DNA from: an uncultured virus (IMG/VR IMGVR_UViG_3300013772_000004)
Taxonomy: Duplodnaviria; Heunggongvirae; Uroviricota; Caudoviricetes
IMG/VR virus record: IMGVR_UViG_3300013772_000004
DNA: 64,000 bases
Reading direction: 5' to 3' (one strand)
Shown one piece after another: positions 40,132 through 50,482 of this stretch (position 1 is its first letter; each line of letters opens with the position of its first letter). Under the pieces are notes generated by a model. The model searched no databases. It was not told the DNA's origin and saw nothing but the letters and a program-made list of their open reading frames with translations. A program made the position numbers and the translations under genes.

Positions 40132-40671
40132 TTACGGCTGTGAGCCTTGACGCGCACCTCCTCGCGCCGTACGCGACGGTACCCCCAGCCGCTCTCTTCG
40201 CGGAGCTTTAGGCGGGCGAGGCGCTTGAGCAGCTCCTCCCTCCGCAGCTTGAATACCGACTTCAGGATCTGTTCCACTCGCTTGTCTTCGCTCACTAGTA
40301 GCCTCCCACTGGTTATGGTCTCTCTTGCCAATCAGCCCCTGGGCATGCAGACGGTACAGGGCACTTCTCAGCGTATTGTAGTTCGGGATCCGGCACGCCT
40401 CCTTTATCTCCACGCCGCCCCACGCTCCACGGTGGTTCAGGAGGAAGACGCGGATGCGGCGCGTGGCCGGCTGCCGGATGTCTACCGCCCACTCGCGCAG
40501 GATTGCCCTGCGGTGGGGTAGATGAATTAGGTCCCACAGGTAGTCCGCCTCGCGTAGAGTGAAGCGGTCGTCCGGCTCCATGCGAGCCATGGCGACGTAC
40601 TTGCGGAGCATCCCCAGGTAGTCCAGCCTCTCGAACGGCTCGGGCTCGCCGGTGGTTACTGGTGCGGGCAT
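40132..40671 (-). CDS. Leaderless early protein with winged-helix-like segment
   Basis: EIKEACRIPNYNTLRSALYRLHAQGLI; ATG 6 nt after -10. Confidence 0.6.
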   Translation of the reverse strand: MPAPVTTGEPEPFERLDYLGMLRKYVAMARMEPDDRFTLREADYLWDLIHLPHRRAILREWAVDIRQPATRRIRVFLLNHRGAWGGVEIKEACRIPNYNTLRSALYRLHAQGLIGKRDHNQWEATSERRQASGTDPEVGIQAAEGGAAQAPRPPKAPRRERLGVPSRTARGGARQGSQP

Positions 40672-40677
40672 GGTTGC

Positions 40678-40706
40678 AAGCTAGTGCCGCCCCGTTCTCA
40701 CCGCAA
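40678..40706 (-). promoter_or_regulatory. Early promoter P2
   Basis: TTGCGG-N17-TAGCTT. Confidence 0.75.
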
Positions 40707-40729
40707 CGGGCGAGGACGCGTTAGTTGGG

Positions 40730-41368
40730 TCAGACGGGTCCCGCGCCCCGGTACACCGGGACGATCCGCTTGGTCTCCGGGTCCTGCCTCCATCCCATCC
40801 CCTTGTTCTGGTTCGCCCACTCCAGAAGCTTCAGCGCCGGGTGCTTCGGCCCGATCGCCGCCTGGATCTCCTCGAGCGTGGCTCCCCCGGGCGTATCCCT
40901 GCAGAGATCGAGCGTGACGGCCAGCACCGTTCCGGCCTTCGGAATCTTCACCTCGTCGGAGGTTGGCTCCATGTCGAAGAACTGCTTGCGCACCACGCGC
41001 TTCTCGGCGTGCTCCTTGTTGGCCTTCTGCATCGTCGACTTGGACTTCGGGATCGGCCAGTTTCCACTGGCGCTCGGCTCGTAGCCCAGCTTGCGGATCA
41101 GCATGGGAGCCACCCGCGGACGAGCCAGGAGATGAACGTCGACCTCCGGCTGTCCCTCCGGATGAGGCTCCGGCTGGACACCGGCCACGAGATGCCGCCC
41201 GTGTCCCGGGCCGAGTTGCTTCGAGAGACGGTTGTCGGTCCAGTGACCTATGCATCCGTACCTCCAGTGACCGGCCTTGTCTACGAAGTCGTAGGCGGCG
41301 GCCCTCCCGCAGTTGTAGTCACACCTCGGCATCCCCTGCTCCTCTGTCCAAGTCTGCGTTTGCGTCAC
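40730..41368 (-). CDS. Zn-finger + DUF3489-like wHTH protein
   Basis: CDYNC...C..H; PKAGTVL...GATLEEIQAAIGPKH. Confidence 0.7.
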   Translation of the reverse strand: MTQTQTWTEEQGMPRCDYNCGRAAAYDFVDKAGHWRYGCIGHWTDNRLSKQLGPGHGRHLVAGVQPEPHPEGQPEVDVHLLARPRVAPMLIRKLGYEPSASGNWPIPKSKSTMQKANKEHAEKRVVRKQFFDMEPTSDEVKIPKAGTVLAVTLDLCRDTPGGATLEEIQAAIGPKHPALKLLEWANQNKGMGWRQDPETKRIVPVYRGAGPV

Positions 41369-41622
41369 TCTTCCTCCTCATGATGTTGTAGCGTTGACGA
41401 AGCTTCGCGAGCGCGCTGTCGTGCTGTAGGCCCAGAGGCGTCGAGAAGGTGTCTCCCTGGAAGAACCACTCGCCGTCCGAGTCTACGAACATCGTACCGA
41501 CGCGACTGCCGTCACCCGTCAAGTTGCCATAGAACTTGTGGGCGAAGACGGCGTACCTTCTCGGTCCCTCGCGCTTGGTAGTGATCGTCCAGTCGCCCAC
41601 CTTGGGGCGACTGGCAGCCGCG

Positions 41623-41937
41623 CTACCCTTCCTGCTCATCGCCACCGTCGATCAGGGCGTTGAGCGCACCCACGTCCAGCGCCTCGCCGCGCAGTGCCGT
41701 GGTCCGCATAGACTTCAGCTTGACGCCGGCCTTGCGCAGCTTGTTGCTGATGTGAGCCACCGTGTGCGTCGAGCGGCCGATCTTGAGTGCCACCTCGTCG
41801 TAGTTGTTGCTCTCCTGCCACGCCTTGACGAACACGGGGTAGGGCACCGGCTCCTGACCGAGATTGCGGTTCTTGATGCGCTCGACCGTGTCCGACTCCT
41901 GCGACTGCTCCGACTCCTTGAAAACGCTGTCCGACAT
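41623..41937 (-). CDS. HTH protein
   Basis: YDEVALKIGRSTHTVAHISNKLRKAGV. Confidence 0.65.
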   Translation of the reverse strand: MSDSVFKESEQSQESDTVERIKNRNLGQEPVPYPVFVKAWQESNNYDEVALKIGRSTHTVAHISNKLRKAGVKLKSMRTTALRGEALDVGALNALIDGGDEQEG

Positions 41938-42004
41938 GATTGTGTAGCCTTCTGCCCCGGTGGGGCTGTTACCGTTTTGCGTGGCGGGGTTGCCTTGCCC
42001 TACC

Positions 42005-42033
42005 ACGGTAGGCTTTACCAGGCCGTACCGCAA
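42005..42033 (-). promoter_or_regulatory. Early promoter P3
   Basis: TTGCGG-N17-TACCGT. Confidence 0.7.
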
Positions 42034-42072
42034 GGCCCCTGGAGAGCTTTACGGTGCCGCGCGGTACACTGC

Positions 42073-42351
42073 CTAGCCAGGCGCCCGGAGAGCGCTGCGC
42101 TTCTGTTCCTGCACCGCCTCGGCGATCGCGACGAGCTCCATCATAACAGAGTTCAGCCTAGCGTACCGATCGGCGTGCTCTCGGGCGGCGGCGGCGTAGG
42201 CGTCTGGTCCCTGAACGTAGTAGTCTCGACCGTGCGGAGAGGCGGACTGCAGTGTGTCCATGGCAGTCTTGACGGCGACGTACGTCTCCCTGAGCTGAGT
42301 GAGGAGTATAGTGGCACCGGATCCGTTGAGGTGAACAGTGGGTATCATCAT
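42073..42351 (-). CDS. Conserved hypothetical phage protein
   Basis: PTVHLNG...PHGRDYYVQG; TGATG coupling. Confidence 0.65.
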   Translation of the reverse strand: MMIPTVHLNGSGATILLTQLRETYVAVKTAMDTLQSASPHGRDYYVQGPDAYAAAAREHADRYARLNSVMMELVAIAEAVQEQKRSALRAPG

Positions 42352-42595
42352 CAGTTTGCCGCCTCCGCGAACGTGGTGGCCCACTCGTTCAGCCCCATCA
42401 TCTCCATGCCGTCCAGGACATGCTGACCGCCATGAGTCTGGCAGAAGACCGCGTACAGCTTGAAGTCGTACTCGCAGTGAACGCAGCCGATCACCGTGTA
42501 GGGACCGGCCGGCCACGGTATCATCCCCGAGGGATCTACGTGCATAATCTCGTCTCCCGGGTGGAACTCTGGTGCTGCTTCCTCTGTCATTCTGC

Positions 42596-43009
42596 TCATC
42601 GGTAGTACATCTCCACGTGAAAGGGGTACTGCGTATCGGGGTTGGTTTTCAGCATCCAGGTAGTGTCGCCGTGCATACCCTCCGGGCTAAGAAGCAGGAC
42701 CAGGGTGGGTCTCATCCCGGCGTCGTCGATGACCATACTCAGCAACAGTTCGGTGGACGTAGACGTGAACGTATCGGTCCACTTGGATGGCGAGCCCCAG
42801 TCCACTGATCCGGTGTGGAAGGTCGCGACCGAGGTAGATGTTACGAAGGGACAGGGCACGGAAGCGCAGACTGATGGCCTGGTCCATGAGACGTCGAGGA
42901 CCTCGCCGTCCGCTGGTACGTGGGCCGATCCGAGGGTGGTGCCTCCGTGGTTGCCGTCCGTCGGGTCGGTGGCACACGCGGCGATGCAGAGTAGAAGAAG
43001 GACTCTCAC
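42596..43009 (-). CDS. Putative lipoprotein
   Basis: MRVLLLLCIAAC signal peptide with lipobox. Confidence 0.6.
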   Translation of the reverse strand: MRVLLLLCIAACATDPTDGNHGGTTLGSAHVPADGEVLDVSWTRPSVCASVPCPFVTSTSVATFHTGSVDWGSPSKWTDTFTSTSTELLLSMVIDDAGMRPTLVLLLSPEGMHGDTTWMLKTNPDTQYPFHVEMYYR

Positions 43010-43224
43010 TTGACCATGCTCAGGAGGTAGGTGAGGATCTGCGCCGGGGTCGCGTCGCGCGGACCCGCGTTGTGTCCATTGACCTGAAGCTGGAGCGGCG
43101 CACCGAGAACGATGTAGCCGTAGACTTCCTCCTCCCCGCAGGAGATGGCGACGCTGCCGTCGTCCTGGCGCGTCAGTGTGAGCTGTGGTTGGGGTTCTTG
43201 GTGAGACTGCTTGTTGGTGGCCAT
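43006..43224 (-). CDS. Leaderless early protein
   Basis: ATG 6 nt after -10. Confidence 0.65.
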   Translation of the reverse strand: MATNKQSHQEPQPQLTLTRQDDGSVAISCGEEEVYGYIVLGAPLQLQVNGHNAGPRDATPAQILTYLLSMVK

Positions 43225-43230
43225 ACACGC

Positions 43231-43259
43231 AAGGTAGGGCCGTGCGGCGCACCCCGCAA
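43231..43259 (-). promoter_or_regulatory. Early promoter P4
   Basis: TTGCGG-N17-TACCTT. Confidence 0.75.
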
Positions 43260-43565
43260 GGTGCGGAGTGCTCCCGCGAGCCGGGACTTGCTACTGACCA
43301 CGCACCCGGTACTTCTGCTTCTCGAGAGTCAGAGCCCGGTCGATCATGATGAGGCTCTGCTCCGAGAGAAGACCCTGGAGTGCGTCCGTCACGTCCGACT
43401 CGTCCGGCGCGTAGGGCTCCGGCGCGGGACGAGCCCCGCCGACCGGATACACCGCGTCGTAGCAGAGACGAAGGATGATGTCGGACGTGTTGATGCCCGG
43501 AGTGGCGGCGATCATCGCGAGGATGGTACCGCTCAGGTGCTCTCGCTGGTCCTCGTCGAGATCGC

Positions 43566-43772
43566 TCATACCACTATCACTCTCTTCCTGCAGCTCATGC
43601 AGTAGTCGCTGCCGTTCAGCGCCCTCACGGGAATCGGCTCCGGACAGCAGCTGAGCCGACTGCCGAGAAACTCCTCGACCACCGCCGTGACCGAGACACC
43701 ACGCCGCTCGGCCTCTGCCTTGAGTTGGGCGTAGGTGTCGCCGCGCACGGAGATCTGCTCTCGCTTAGGCAT
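43566..43772 (-). CDS. Ribbon-helix-helix-like DNA-binding protein
   Basis: QISVRGDTYAQLKAEAERRGVSVTAVVEEFL. Confidence 0.7.
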   Translation of the reverse strand: MPKREQISVRGDTYAQLKAEAERRGVSVTAVVEEFLGSRLSCCPEPIPVRALNGSDYCMSCRKRVIVV

Positions 43773-44322
43773 CTACGTTGGCTCCGTCTGGATAACCTTG
43801 CAGTCGATCGCACGTGGCTGATGGAACTTACCCTCTCGTGTCATCACGAGAAACATGAAGTTCCGCTGCGAGAACTCGGTCATGAGGTGATCGAACGAGT
43901 AGCCGACCACCCATCCGTTCACGGTCTTTCCGTTGTCGAGAAACTCCACGACAGTGCCCTCGACTCTCACTTGACCAGCTCCCTCAGGCGCTTGCCCGCG
44001 CTGTCCTTGGCGAGCGCCATGAAGCGGCCCTGAGTGTGGAGAAGACGAAGCTCCTCGCGCAGCTGCTCGATCTGTGCCTCGATCCTGTCAACGATCTCGC
44101 AGGCGTCCACGTAGTCCTGCTTCGCCTCTGCGACCTGCTGTTCTTTCTTGAGTGCCATGAGAGTAGCCTTTCGTTATACGGTCCAGGAAACCAACCGACT
44201 CGACGATGCCCCCACCGTGCGAGGGCTACTAGGACTCGCCAGTGGCGCGAGCCGGTTGACTTCCTGGGCTGTACACTCACAACCGCTACACCAGGAGCGG
44301 CAGCGTGAGCAAGTGCCCTTTC

Positions 44323-44694
44323 CTACTTATTGTCGTTCTTGACGACCAGCACGATCTGCTCGGTCCCCTTCTTCATGTGGAACCCGAAGCCGCGCTTGTC
44401 GCTCATCCAGCGGAGCAGCGCCTTGGCGTCGTGGTGGCCCATGTTGATCCGGTCGAAGCTCTTCTGGATCTCGGCGAGGGTGGCGCCCTCCTTGCCGCGC
44501 TCGCGCAGAAGAAGCAGCGCGCACTCGATGGTGGTGTCCTTGCGCGGCTCCCGCTGGAGATCGGGGTTGGCGGGCAGGTCCGTCCACGGCATGGTGCGGG
44601 CGATCTTGGCCTTCGCCTCTTTCTTGTCGCCTGCGGTCAGCTTCTTGGTGGCGGTGGTGGTGGAGGCCGTGGAGGTTGCGAGTGATGCGGTCAT
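44323..44694 (-). CDS. DUF3489-like wHTH protein
   Basis: PRKDTTI...LL....EGATLAEIQ...H...LLRW...RGFG. Confidence 0.7.
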   Translation of the reverse strand: MTASLATSTASTTTATKKLTAGDKKEAKAKIARTMPWTDLPANPDLQREPRKDTTIECALLLLRERGKEGATLAEIQKSFDRINMGHHDAKALLRWMSDKRGFGFHMKKGTEQIVLVVKNDNK

Positions 44695-44744
44695 ATGGAT
44701 GGTTCCTTCTTGGTTCGGGCCGGTTGTTTGCTTGGCCTAGTTAC

Positions 44745-44773
44745 AGTGTGTGGCCGGCAAGTAATCACCGCAA
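44745..44773 (-). promoter_or_regulatory. Early promoter P5
   Basis: TTGCGG-N17-CACACT; leadered, AAGGA RBS. Confidence 0.7.
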
Positions 44774-44802
44774 GTGGCGATGAGTGCATTTTGATAAGTG
44801 AG

Positions 44803-45222
44803 TTAGGTCTCCGTACGTAGTTGTGCGTACTCCGCGATGGAAGTGTGGCCGTACGCGGTGACCACCACGTGGTCGACGACCGGGATGCCCAGGATGGTGC
44901 CGGCAGCCCGTAGGCGAGTGGTGAGAGCGAGATCCTCTGTGCTCGGTGTAGAGTCACCGCTCGGGTGGTTGTGCGAGACGACGACGCCACAGGCGTTCCT
45001 GCGGATCGCCTCCCGGAAGACGTCGCGAGGCGAGACGTCCACCTCGTGGACCGTACCGATCGCGACGACGTGGGGCTCGCCGATCATGACGTTCTTCACG
45101 TTGAGGTAGATCGCGACGAAGGTCTCCTGCTCCTCACGCATCAGCGAACGCACTGCTCTCGCCATGTCCTGCGGGTTGAGAATCGCCGTCGGCGGGATCC
45201 TTGGCTTGCGCCTCGCCCTCAC
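44803..45222 (-). CDS. radC: RadC-like JAB-domain protein
   Basis: QETF..., PRDVFREA, HNHPSGDSTPSTED and DHVVV motifs. Confidence 0.92.
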   Translation of the reverse strand: MRARRKPRIPPTAILNPQDMARAVRSLMREEQETFVAIYLNVKNVMIGEPHVVAIGTVHEVDVSPRDVFREAIRRNACGVVVSHNHPSGDSTPSTEDLALTTRLRAAGTILGIPVVDHVVVTAYGHTSIAEYAQLRTET

Positions 45223-46052
45223 TCCTGCCCGTCCATTACGTGAGGTCGGCTCGCGGGGTGCCTACCCTCGTTCCTGCAGATCACACAGGAGTCGTGCAGG
45301 GGAAGGCGGCGGTTGATGAAGTCGGTCACCACCACGGAGACGACCGAGACGGTACCGATCGGGGCGACCGGGAACTCGTTGTCCACCGCGTCCTGAAGCC
45401 GACCGCGTATCAGCCGCTGCGTCTCTGTCCTCGTGAGAGTGTCGACGTAGAAGTCGTTAGGAAAGTCGATCTCGACCTTGAGCCTCACGCGAGCCCCAGC
45501 ATCTTGGCGGCGGACGGCACGGCGGTCAGCGTGTAGCTGCGGACGCCGGTCTTGACGGCGCCCAGAGCCTTGAGCGCGTCGACGAGCGAGTTGAACCCCT
45601 TGAGGTCCATGTGGGCCTGGAACGCCAGGAACAGCGGCGTCTCTGGGCAGTTGTCGCCGTACTCCGCGACGGACTCGTACAGGATACGAGCGTACTGACG
45701 GACGACTGCGACGAGATCGGGTTCGATGATAGTAGCCATTGATGTCTCCTAGAAGATTGAGTGCGAGATGGAAGAAGTTGGTGGAATTACAGGCTGAGCC
45801 TAACCCAGGAGATCAGCCGTTCTGTGCCGGACCAAGTTGCCACGTGATCGTACGGCACGTCCTCCCCGCCCATCACGTAGACGACGGTGACGCCAAACGC
45901 CTCGCAGTAGCGGACTTCGCTGGTACAGCTGGCCCGGGAGTCGAGGGTGAGGGGGAGAAGACCGAAGTCGAACCGCTCGTCCGCGGTACTGGTAGGAACG
46001 GCCTGCTCCGGGCGAAGAGCCAGGGTCATGTCGACGAGGCGGTAGTGGCGGC

Positions 46053-46394
46053 TCACAGCGAGGCCACCATCATGTCCACGTGACAGCCCTGGCGCTGAAC
46101 CCGCTGGTTGTCGTTCAGCTGCACGCTGGTCACCAGCGTGAACAGGGCCACGCAGTACACCTGATCGAACATGGGCGATCCGATGCCGATCCACTGCACG
46201 TCGCTCCACTGGAAGTAGGACCAACCCGCCTCCTCGCTGGTGTTGATCCACGCGGGCGGCTCCTGCGACTCGCCCGGAAGCTCGTAGTCCCGGAGTGGGT
46301 TGAGATCCAGGCTGCGGTCACCGCACGGGTACGACTCGCCATCCCGAATCCAGTGCTGGAGGTTCTGTAGTGTGATTGCTTGTTGGCTGGGCAT
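46053..46394 (-). CDS. Leaderless early protein
   Basis: ATG 6 nt after -10. Confidence 0.65.
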   Translation of the reverse strand: MPSQQAITLQNLQHWIRDGESYPCGDRSLDLNPLRDYELPGESQEPPAWINTSEEAGWSYFQWSDVQWIGIGSPMFDQVYCVALFTLVTSVQLNDNQRVQRQGCHVDMMVASL

Positions 46395-46400
46395 GCTACC

Positions 46401-46429
46401 AAGGTACGCACGCAGGCACGCCCGTACAA
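46401..46429 (-). promoter_or_regulatory. Early promoter P6
   Basis: TTGTAC-N17-TACCTT. Confidence 0.75.
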
Positions 46430-46452
46430 GGGGTGAGGAGGCGTTAGAGCGG

Positions 46453-46833
46453 TTAGTACCGGTCCCGAATCTTCCTGAGCTCTTCCACCAGCGCAGTCAC
46501 GTTCGACAGTCTTCTATCGGGGCCGGGCTCGTAGGTGATCCAGCCAGTTCCAGTCCACGCTGCGCCCAGGAGGTACACGGACCTCAGTGTTCTCGTAGGG
46601 CGAGAGCCAGACTTCATTAGAGGCATGGAGTAGTAGACTCGCAACAGGAGTCCGTCGTAGTCGTTGGCCCACGCGCCCGTGTAGATCTCCACCTCGAGCT
46701 CGTCTCGCACGGGAATCCGGTGGGCCAGGTCTCGGTCCCACATCACGACCGCATCCTCTGGAAGGAACTCGAGAACGTTGGCGGGCGTCAGAAGACGGTA
46801 GTCGGTCCTCACTGATAGGTCTCCCATCCGCAC
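46453..46833 (-). CDS. Early protein, DA.V..DRD subfamily
   Basis: LPEDAVVMWDRDLAHRIP, similar to 48231-48734. Confidence 0.6.
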   Translation of the reverse strand: MRMGDLSVRTDYRLLTPANVLEFLPEDAVVMWDRDLAHRIPVRDELEVEIYTGAWANDYDGLLLRVYYSMPLMKSGSRPTRTLRSVYLLGAAWTGTGWITYEPGPDRRLSNVTALVEELRKIRDRY

Positions 46834-47105
46834 CGCCCGTTCACGTACTCGTTCCTCCAGATGAGGCAGCCACAGACACCGGGATCCAGATGAGTCGCTC
46901 CGAAGTCACGGTAGTGACGAGCGCAGCCCGGATACTCGAGAATGAACTGCTTCGGAGGACCTGAGGCATCCGCGATCACGCGACGAAGAAGATGCCTCGA
47001 GAGATCGTGCTCTGGATGCTCCATCATGTAGACGTCGAGCTCCACCGCCGCGTTCGGGGGAAGATCCGACACGAGAAGATAGACGACCCTACTCGTCACA
47101 GTCAC
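46809..47105 (-). CDS. Early Cys/His paralog family member
   Basis: SDLPPNAAVELDVY...DLSRH...FILEYPGC...H....CGC. Confidence 0.75.
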   Translation of the reverse strand: MTVTSRVVYLLVSDLPPNAAVELDVYMMEHPEHDLSRHLLRRVIADASGPPKQFILEYPGCARHYRDFGATHLDPGVCGCLIWRNEYVNGRCGWETYQ

Positions 47106-47387
47106 TCTCGCGCTCGTACGCCTCCTCCAGCGCACTCTCGAAGGCCCGGTCGTGTACCTCGCTGTCGGCACGATCCAGGCTCCAACCACGGTCCGCAGCC
47201 AGCGCGAGAACGAAGGCGCCCCACGTGGTGACGTCGGACAGCCCCGGGCTCACGTGAACGTCGACGAAGTTGCCGAGCTCGATCTCGCCAGTCTCCGGCG
47301 GCTGCCAGTAGGTGCCCGGAGAGCCGTAGTGAACGCGGCCCACGCGGACCTCGTACTCGAGATCGCCAACCTCCCAGAGTAGGCCGT

Positions 47388-47591
47388 TCACTGGTGCGAC
47401 CTCACGTGGGCCACTGCCTCGCTACTCAGCACGCAGGACTCGAAGTCCTTGCGATCCATGGGGTACTCCGCGCCGCATACCGGGCACACGGAGACCGGCA
47501 GTACCTCTCCACGGGGCCCGCGCTTCTGCTTGTGGTAGGGAACTCCGAAGCTGGTGTCACCGGACGGTGGGTTTGCTTGTTGGTTGGGCAT
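47388..47591 (-). CDS. Leaderless early Zn-finger protein
   Basis: CPVC...H...H; ATG 6 nt after -10. Confidence 0.65.
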   Translation of the reverse strand: MPNQQANPPSGDTSFGVPYHKQKRGPRGEVLPVSVCPVCGAEYPMDRKDFESCVLSSEAVAHVRSHQ

Positions 47592-47597
47592 GTGTGC

Positions 47598-47626
47598 AGT
47601 GTGGCAACGCGCGTTGCTCACCGCAA
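47598..47626 (-). promoter_or_regulatory. Early promoter P7
   Basis: TTGCGG-N17-CACACT; CTCACC-N6-GGTGAG inverted repeat over the -35. Confidence 0.75.
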
Positions 47627-47959
47627 TGGGTGAGGAGGTTCTGGAGTAGTTGGTGGGTGCCCTGTTTCTCTGTGCCTCCGGAACACCTCACCGTCCGTGT
47701 CCCACCAGAAGTGCCAGATCTCGTAGGCTCTCGACCAGCGAAGACAGTTACAGCGATCGACGTGGCACTCGCCGCTGGTCGCACAGCGAGGATCCTCCAT
47801 CTCCAGTATCTCGCCACTGTACCCCTCAAACCTGATCGGCGTGTGGCCCAGAAAACACGGTTGATCCTCGAAGTCCTGGTAACTGATCAGCCATCGGTCC
47901 CACTCCACTACCTGCGCGCCTGTCAGGTCCGCAAGGGTCAGTCTCGTCACGTTACTCAT
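47618..47959 (-). CDS. Early Cys/His paralog family member
   Basis: ADLTGAQVVEWD...LEMEDPRC...H...CNC. Confidence 0.7.
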   Translation of the reverse strand: MSNVTRLTLADLTGAQVVEWDRWLISYQDFEDQPCFLGHTPIRFEGYSGEILEMEDPRCATSGECHVDRCNCLRWSRAYEIWHFWWDTDGEVFRRHRETGHPPTTPEPPHPLR

Positions 47960-48231
47960 AGTGTCACCTCTAGTAGACGTGAGTCGATGAGGCACCAGGT
48001 TCTGGTGAATCTACCGAAGATCACGCAGCGGCACTCGGCCACGTGTACCTGGCTGGGTCTGCACTCCACGCACTCCATCTCGAAGGATTCAGCGTTGCCC
48101 CACCTTATCAGCACGTGCTCCGACAGATCGAAGCCCGGATGGTCTTGCTGCCAGACGTCCAGGCCGACGGCCGCGTCGTCCGGGAGATCGGATGCGGAGA
48201 GCATGGTGGGCGGCGGCACGTAGGGCGCCAC
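47956..48231 (-). CDS. Early Cys/His paralog family member
   Basis: SDLPDDAAVGLDVW...DLSEH...FEMECVEC...H...CRC. Confidence 0.72.
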   Translation of the reverse strand: MAPYVPPPTMLSASDLPDDAAVGLDVWQQDHPGFDLSEHVLIRWGNAESFEMECVECRPSQVHVAECRCVIFGRFTRTWCLIDSRLLEVTL

Positions 48232-48734
48232 TACGTACCCTCCGAGGAGCCGCTCGGAGCCCGTGGCGGGCTCTCTTGGGGTGCGGGCGCTGCCGGTACG
48301 GTGCGCGCGGCCGTCTCTGGCGTCTCTGCGCTGCGCTCCCTCACTCGCCGGTCCATCAGGTACTGTCTCTCCACCAGCACTCCCATCTGCATATAGGTCG
48401 ACTCGTACCTCCGGGCGTCGTCCGCCGGTAGATCCCACATCGTCAGATCGTCGGTGCTGTCGGCGCGCGGTCTCAGTAGGGAGTAGCGCCGCAGCTCCCA
48501 TCCGATCGTGGGACCCAGATACTGTGCGATCCTGAGACGGTTGCGTCCGTTCGCCAGGTAGAGGGCCGGAGGACTGTCGTGGAAGTGGAGGGTCGTGAGT
48601 AGACGCTCGCCGGTGTCGTGGTCAACGCCCGGAGGCCAGAGACTCATGAACTCCGGCAGACGATCCGCCACGTCGCGGTCGAAGAGCACGGCGGCGTCGT
48701 CCGCGAGTAGCGAGAGGTCGAGGGGTACAGTCAT
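48231..48734 (-). CDS. Early protein, DA.V..DRD subfamily
   Basis: LADDAAVLFDRDVADRLP. Confidence 0.6.
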   Translation of the reverse strand: MTVPLDLSLLADDAAVLFDRDVADRLPEFMSLWPPGVDHDTGERLLTTLHFHDSPPALYLANGRNRLRIAQYLGPTIGWELRRYSLLRPRADSTDDLTMWDLPADDARRYESTYMQMGVLVERQYLMDRRVRERSAETPETAARTVPAAPAPQESPPRAPSGSSEGT

Positions 48735-48763
48735 CGGTGGACCGAGTTGGAGGGAAAGTCGGG

Positions 48764-48792
48764 CGTATGGCAACGCCCGTTACTCACCGCAA
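48764..48792 (-). promoter_or_regulatory. Early promoter P8 (degenerate copy of P7)
   Basis: TTGCGG-N17-CATACG; spacer nearly identical to P7. Confidence 0.5.
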
Positions 48793-49345
48793 TGTGTGAG
48801 GATGGTTTCGTGAGGTTCTTGAGGTTCTAGAGGGTTGGAGGAGTGCGTGATGCCCGGAGAGCAACGGAGTAGCACCCGCGCGCGTAGCCGGTGTTCCTGA
48901 TCGAGTCGTTGCGCGCGTCGCCCGTCACAGTGCCGACGAACTGACACACGAGGTACCCGAGCTGACAGGTCGTGACGCACACGATAGACTCGACCCGGAA
49001 GAGGTAGCCCTGGATCGTGACGACGTCACCCACGAGAAGTGACCCACGGTACTCGTCGCTCACGACGTCTCCTCTTCCGCTTCCGGCTGGCGCTCCTCGG
49101 CCAGTCGGCACGCGGCCTCCTCGCGCTCGTCCGCCCGGCACTCGGCACAGATCTCGATCTCGTCGCCTATCAGCAGGCTGACGCAGGTGGCGCAGTGGGT
49201 CTCAGGGCGAGTACCTGGATCCGATCCTGGAGTAGACGAGCCGTAGTCTGGCAGACACCTGATGACGCGTGCTGGGCACTCGTCTCCAGTCTGAGTCTTC
49301 CGCGGACTGTGATCGTCACGACCGCATATGTGGCAGTGGGTCTTC

Positions 49346-49766
49346 TCATTCATATCGTGGCCTCTCGGTGGTGACGTGGGCGCCGTGGGTCAGCTCGTAC
49401 ACCCACTCCAGGTCCTCGCCGTGCGGCGTGGCGCAGCTGAAGCGGCTGCGAGAAGGACGATCCTGGCCCATCTCGTAGACTGATTCGACGTGTGCCCGGA
49501 AGGCGGCGACGAGGGCTCGTTCCTCGTCAGTGGCCGGAACGGGAGGCCCACAGTCCTCGATCTCGAAGTCCCGCTCGCCCTCGCCGTCCGCGCCCTCTCG
49601 CCAGAACCAGTGCGTGCGTGTGGGCTGGAGCGCCCGGAAGGGAAGGCTGGGACCGGCGAGCTCTCGGCGGTCGTAGTACCAGCCACCCTCCTCCGGGCCA
49701 CCGTAGTGGCGAGAGACGGAGTAGAGGGTGAGGTGGGCGTCGGTGGGGCGGGTGGTCTCGCTCACT
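49346..49766 (-). CDS. Conserved hypothetical phage protein
   Basis: YGGPEEGGWYY motif and RPRYE C-terminus; start approximate. Confidence 0.65.
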
Positions 49767-50006
49767 GGTCGTTCTCCTGGACGAATGTAGTGACCTGGTG
49801 TGCGGTCGGCAGCGTGCGGGACTCGTGGCAGCACGGGCACTCCACGGTGGCCGTGACGATTCTATCGTCGTGCTCGTCCAGCCAGGTGTCACGGGCGTGG
49901 TCATAGAGGGCGAGACAGACGTTGTCCGGACAGTCACACAGAAAGACTAGGCCGAGGCTCTCGGCGTACTGAAGTCCGGACAGAGGTGGGGGCGTGGGGT
50001 AGCTAC

Positions 50007-50231
50007 TCACTTCACACTGTCCCACGCGCGGCGCAGGGCCGGCCGCATCGGAATCTTCCTGAAGGCGAGACCCAGCTTCACGCGGCGCAGTGCCTCGCGA
50101 TCCGTGTTGTCCACGTGCTTGGGGAGGGGATCGGCGACGCACCAGTCGTCCGTACAGCCGACGTGCGGATTGTTGTCCTCGTAGAGCTGCGGGCGGGAGC
50201 AGCCTGGCCTGTTCGCGGGGTTGTTGGGCAT
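50007..50231 (-). CDS. Leaderless early protein
   Basis: ATG 6 nt after -10. Confidence 0.65.
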   Translation of the reverse strand: MPNNPANRPGCSRPQLYEDNNPHVGCTDDWCVADPLPKHVDNTDREALRRVKLGLAFRKIPMRPALRRAWDSVK

Positions 50232-50237
50232 GTATAC

Positions 50238-50266
50238 ACTGTGGTGCCGGTAAGTAGTCACCGCAA
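50238..50266 (-). promoter_or_regulatory. Early promoter P9
   Basis: TTGCGG-N17-CACAGT; TCACCGC-TT-GCGGTGA inverted repeat. Confidence 0.75.
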
Positions 50267-50482
50267 GCGGTGAGGAGTAGTTCGTGAGGCGTTAGAGCGC
50301 CTCGATCTCCACTACCGTGAACGGTGCGTTCGGGATCAGGTTGAGGTGGGCCCAGAGGTGGGCGGCTGCCCTGTTGGTGAAGTGGCCGCGCGTCTGGCTG
50401 GTCCACGTGGTTCCCTCCAGGTCGTTCCACTCGTTCGTGAGAGCGGGTGTGGCGCGCGGCAGTACGAGCGTGTAGTAGGTGC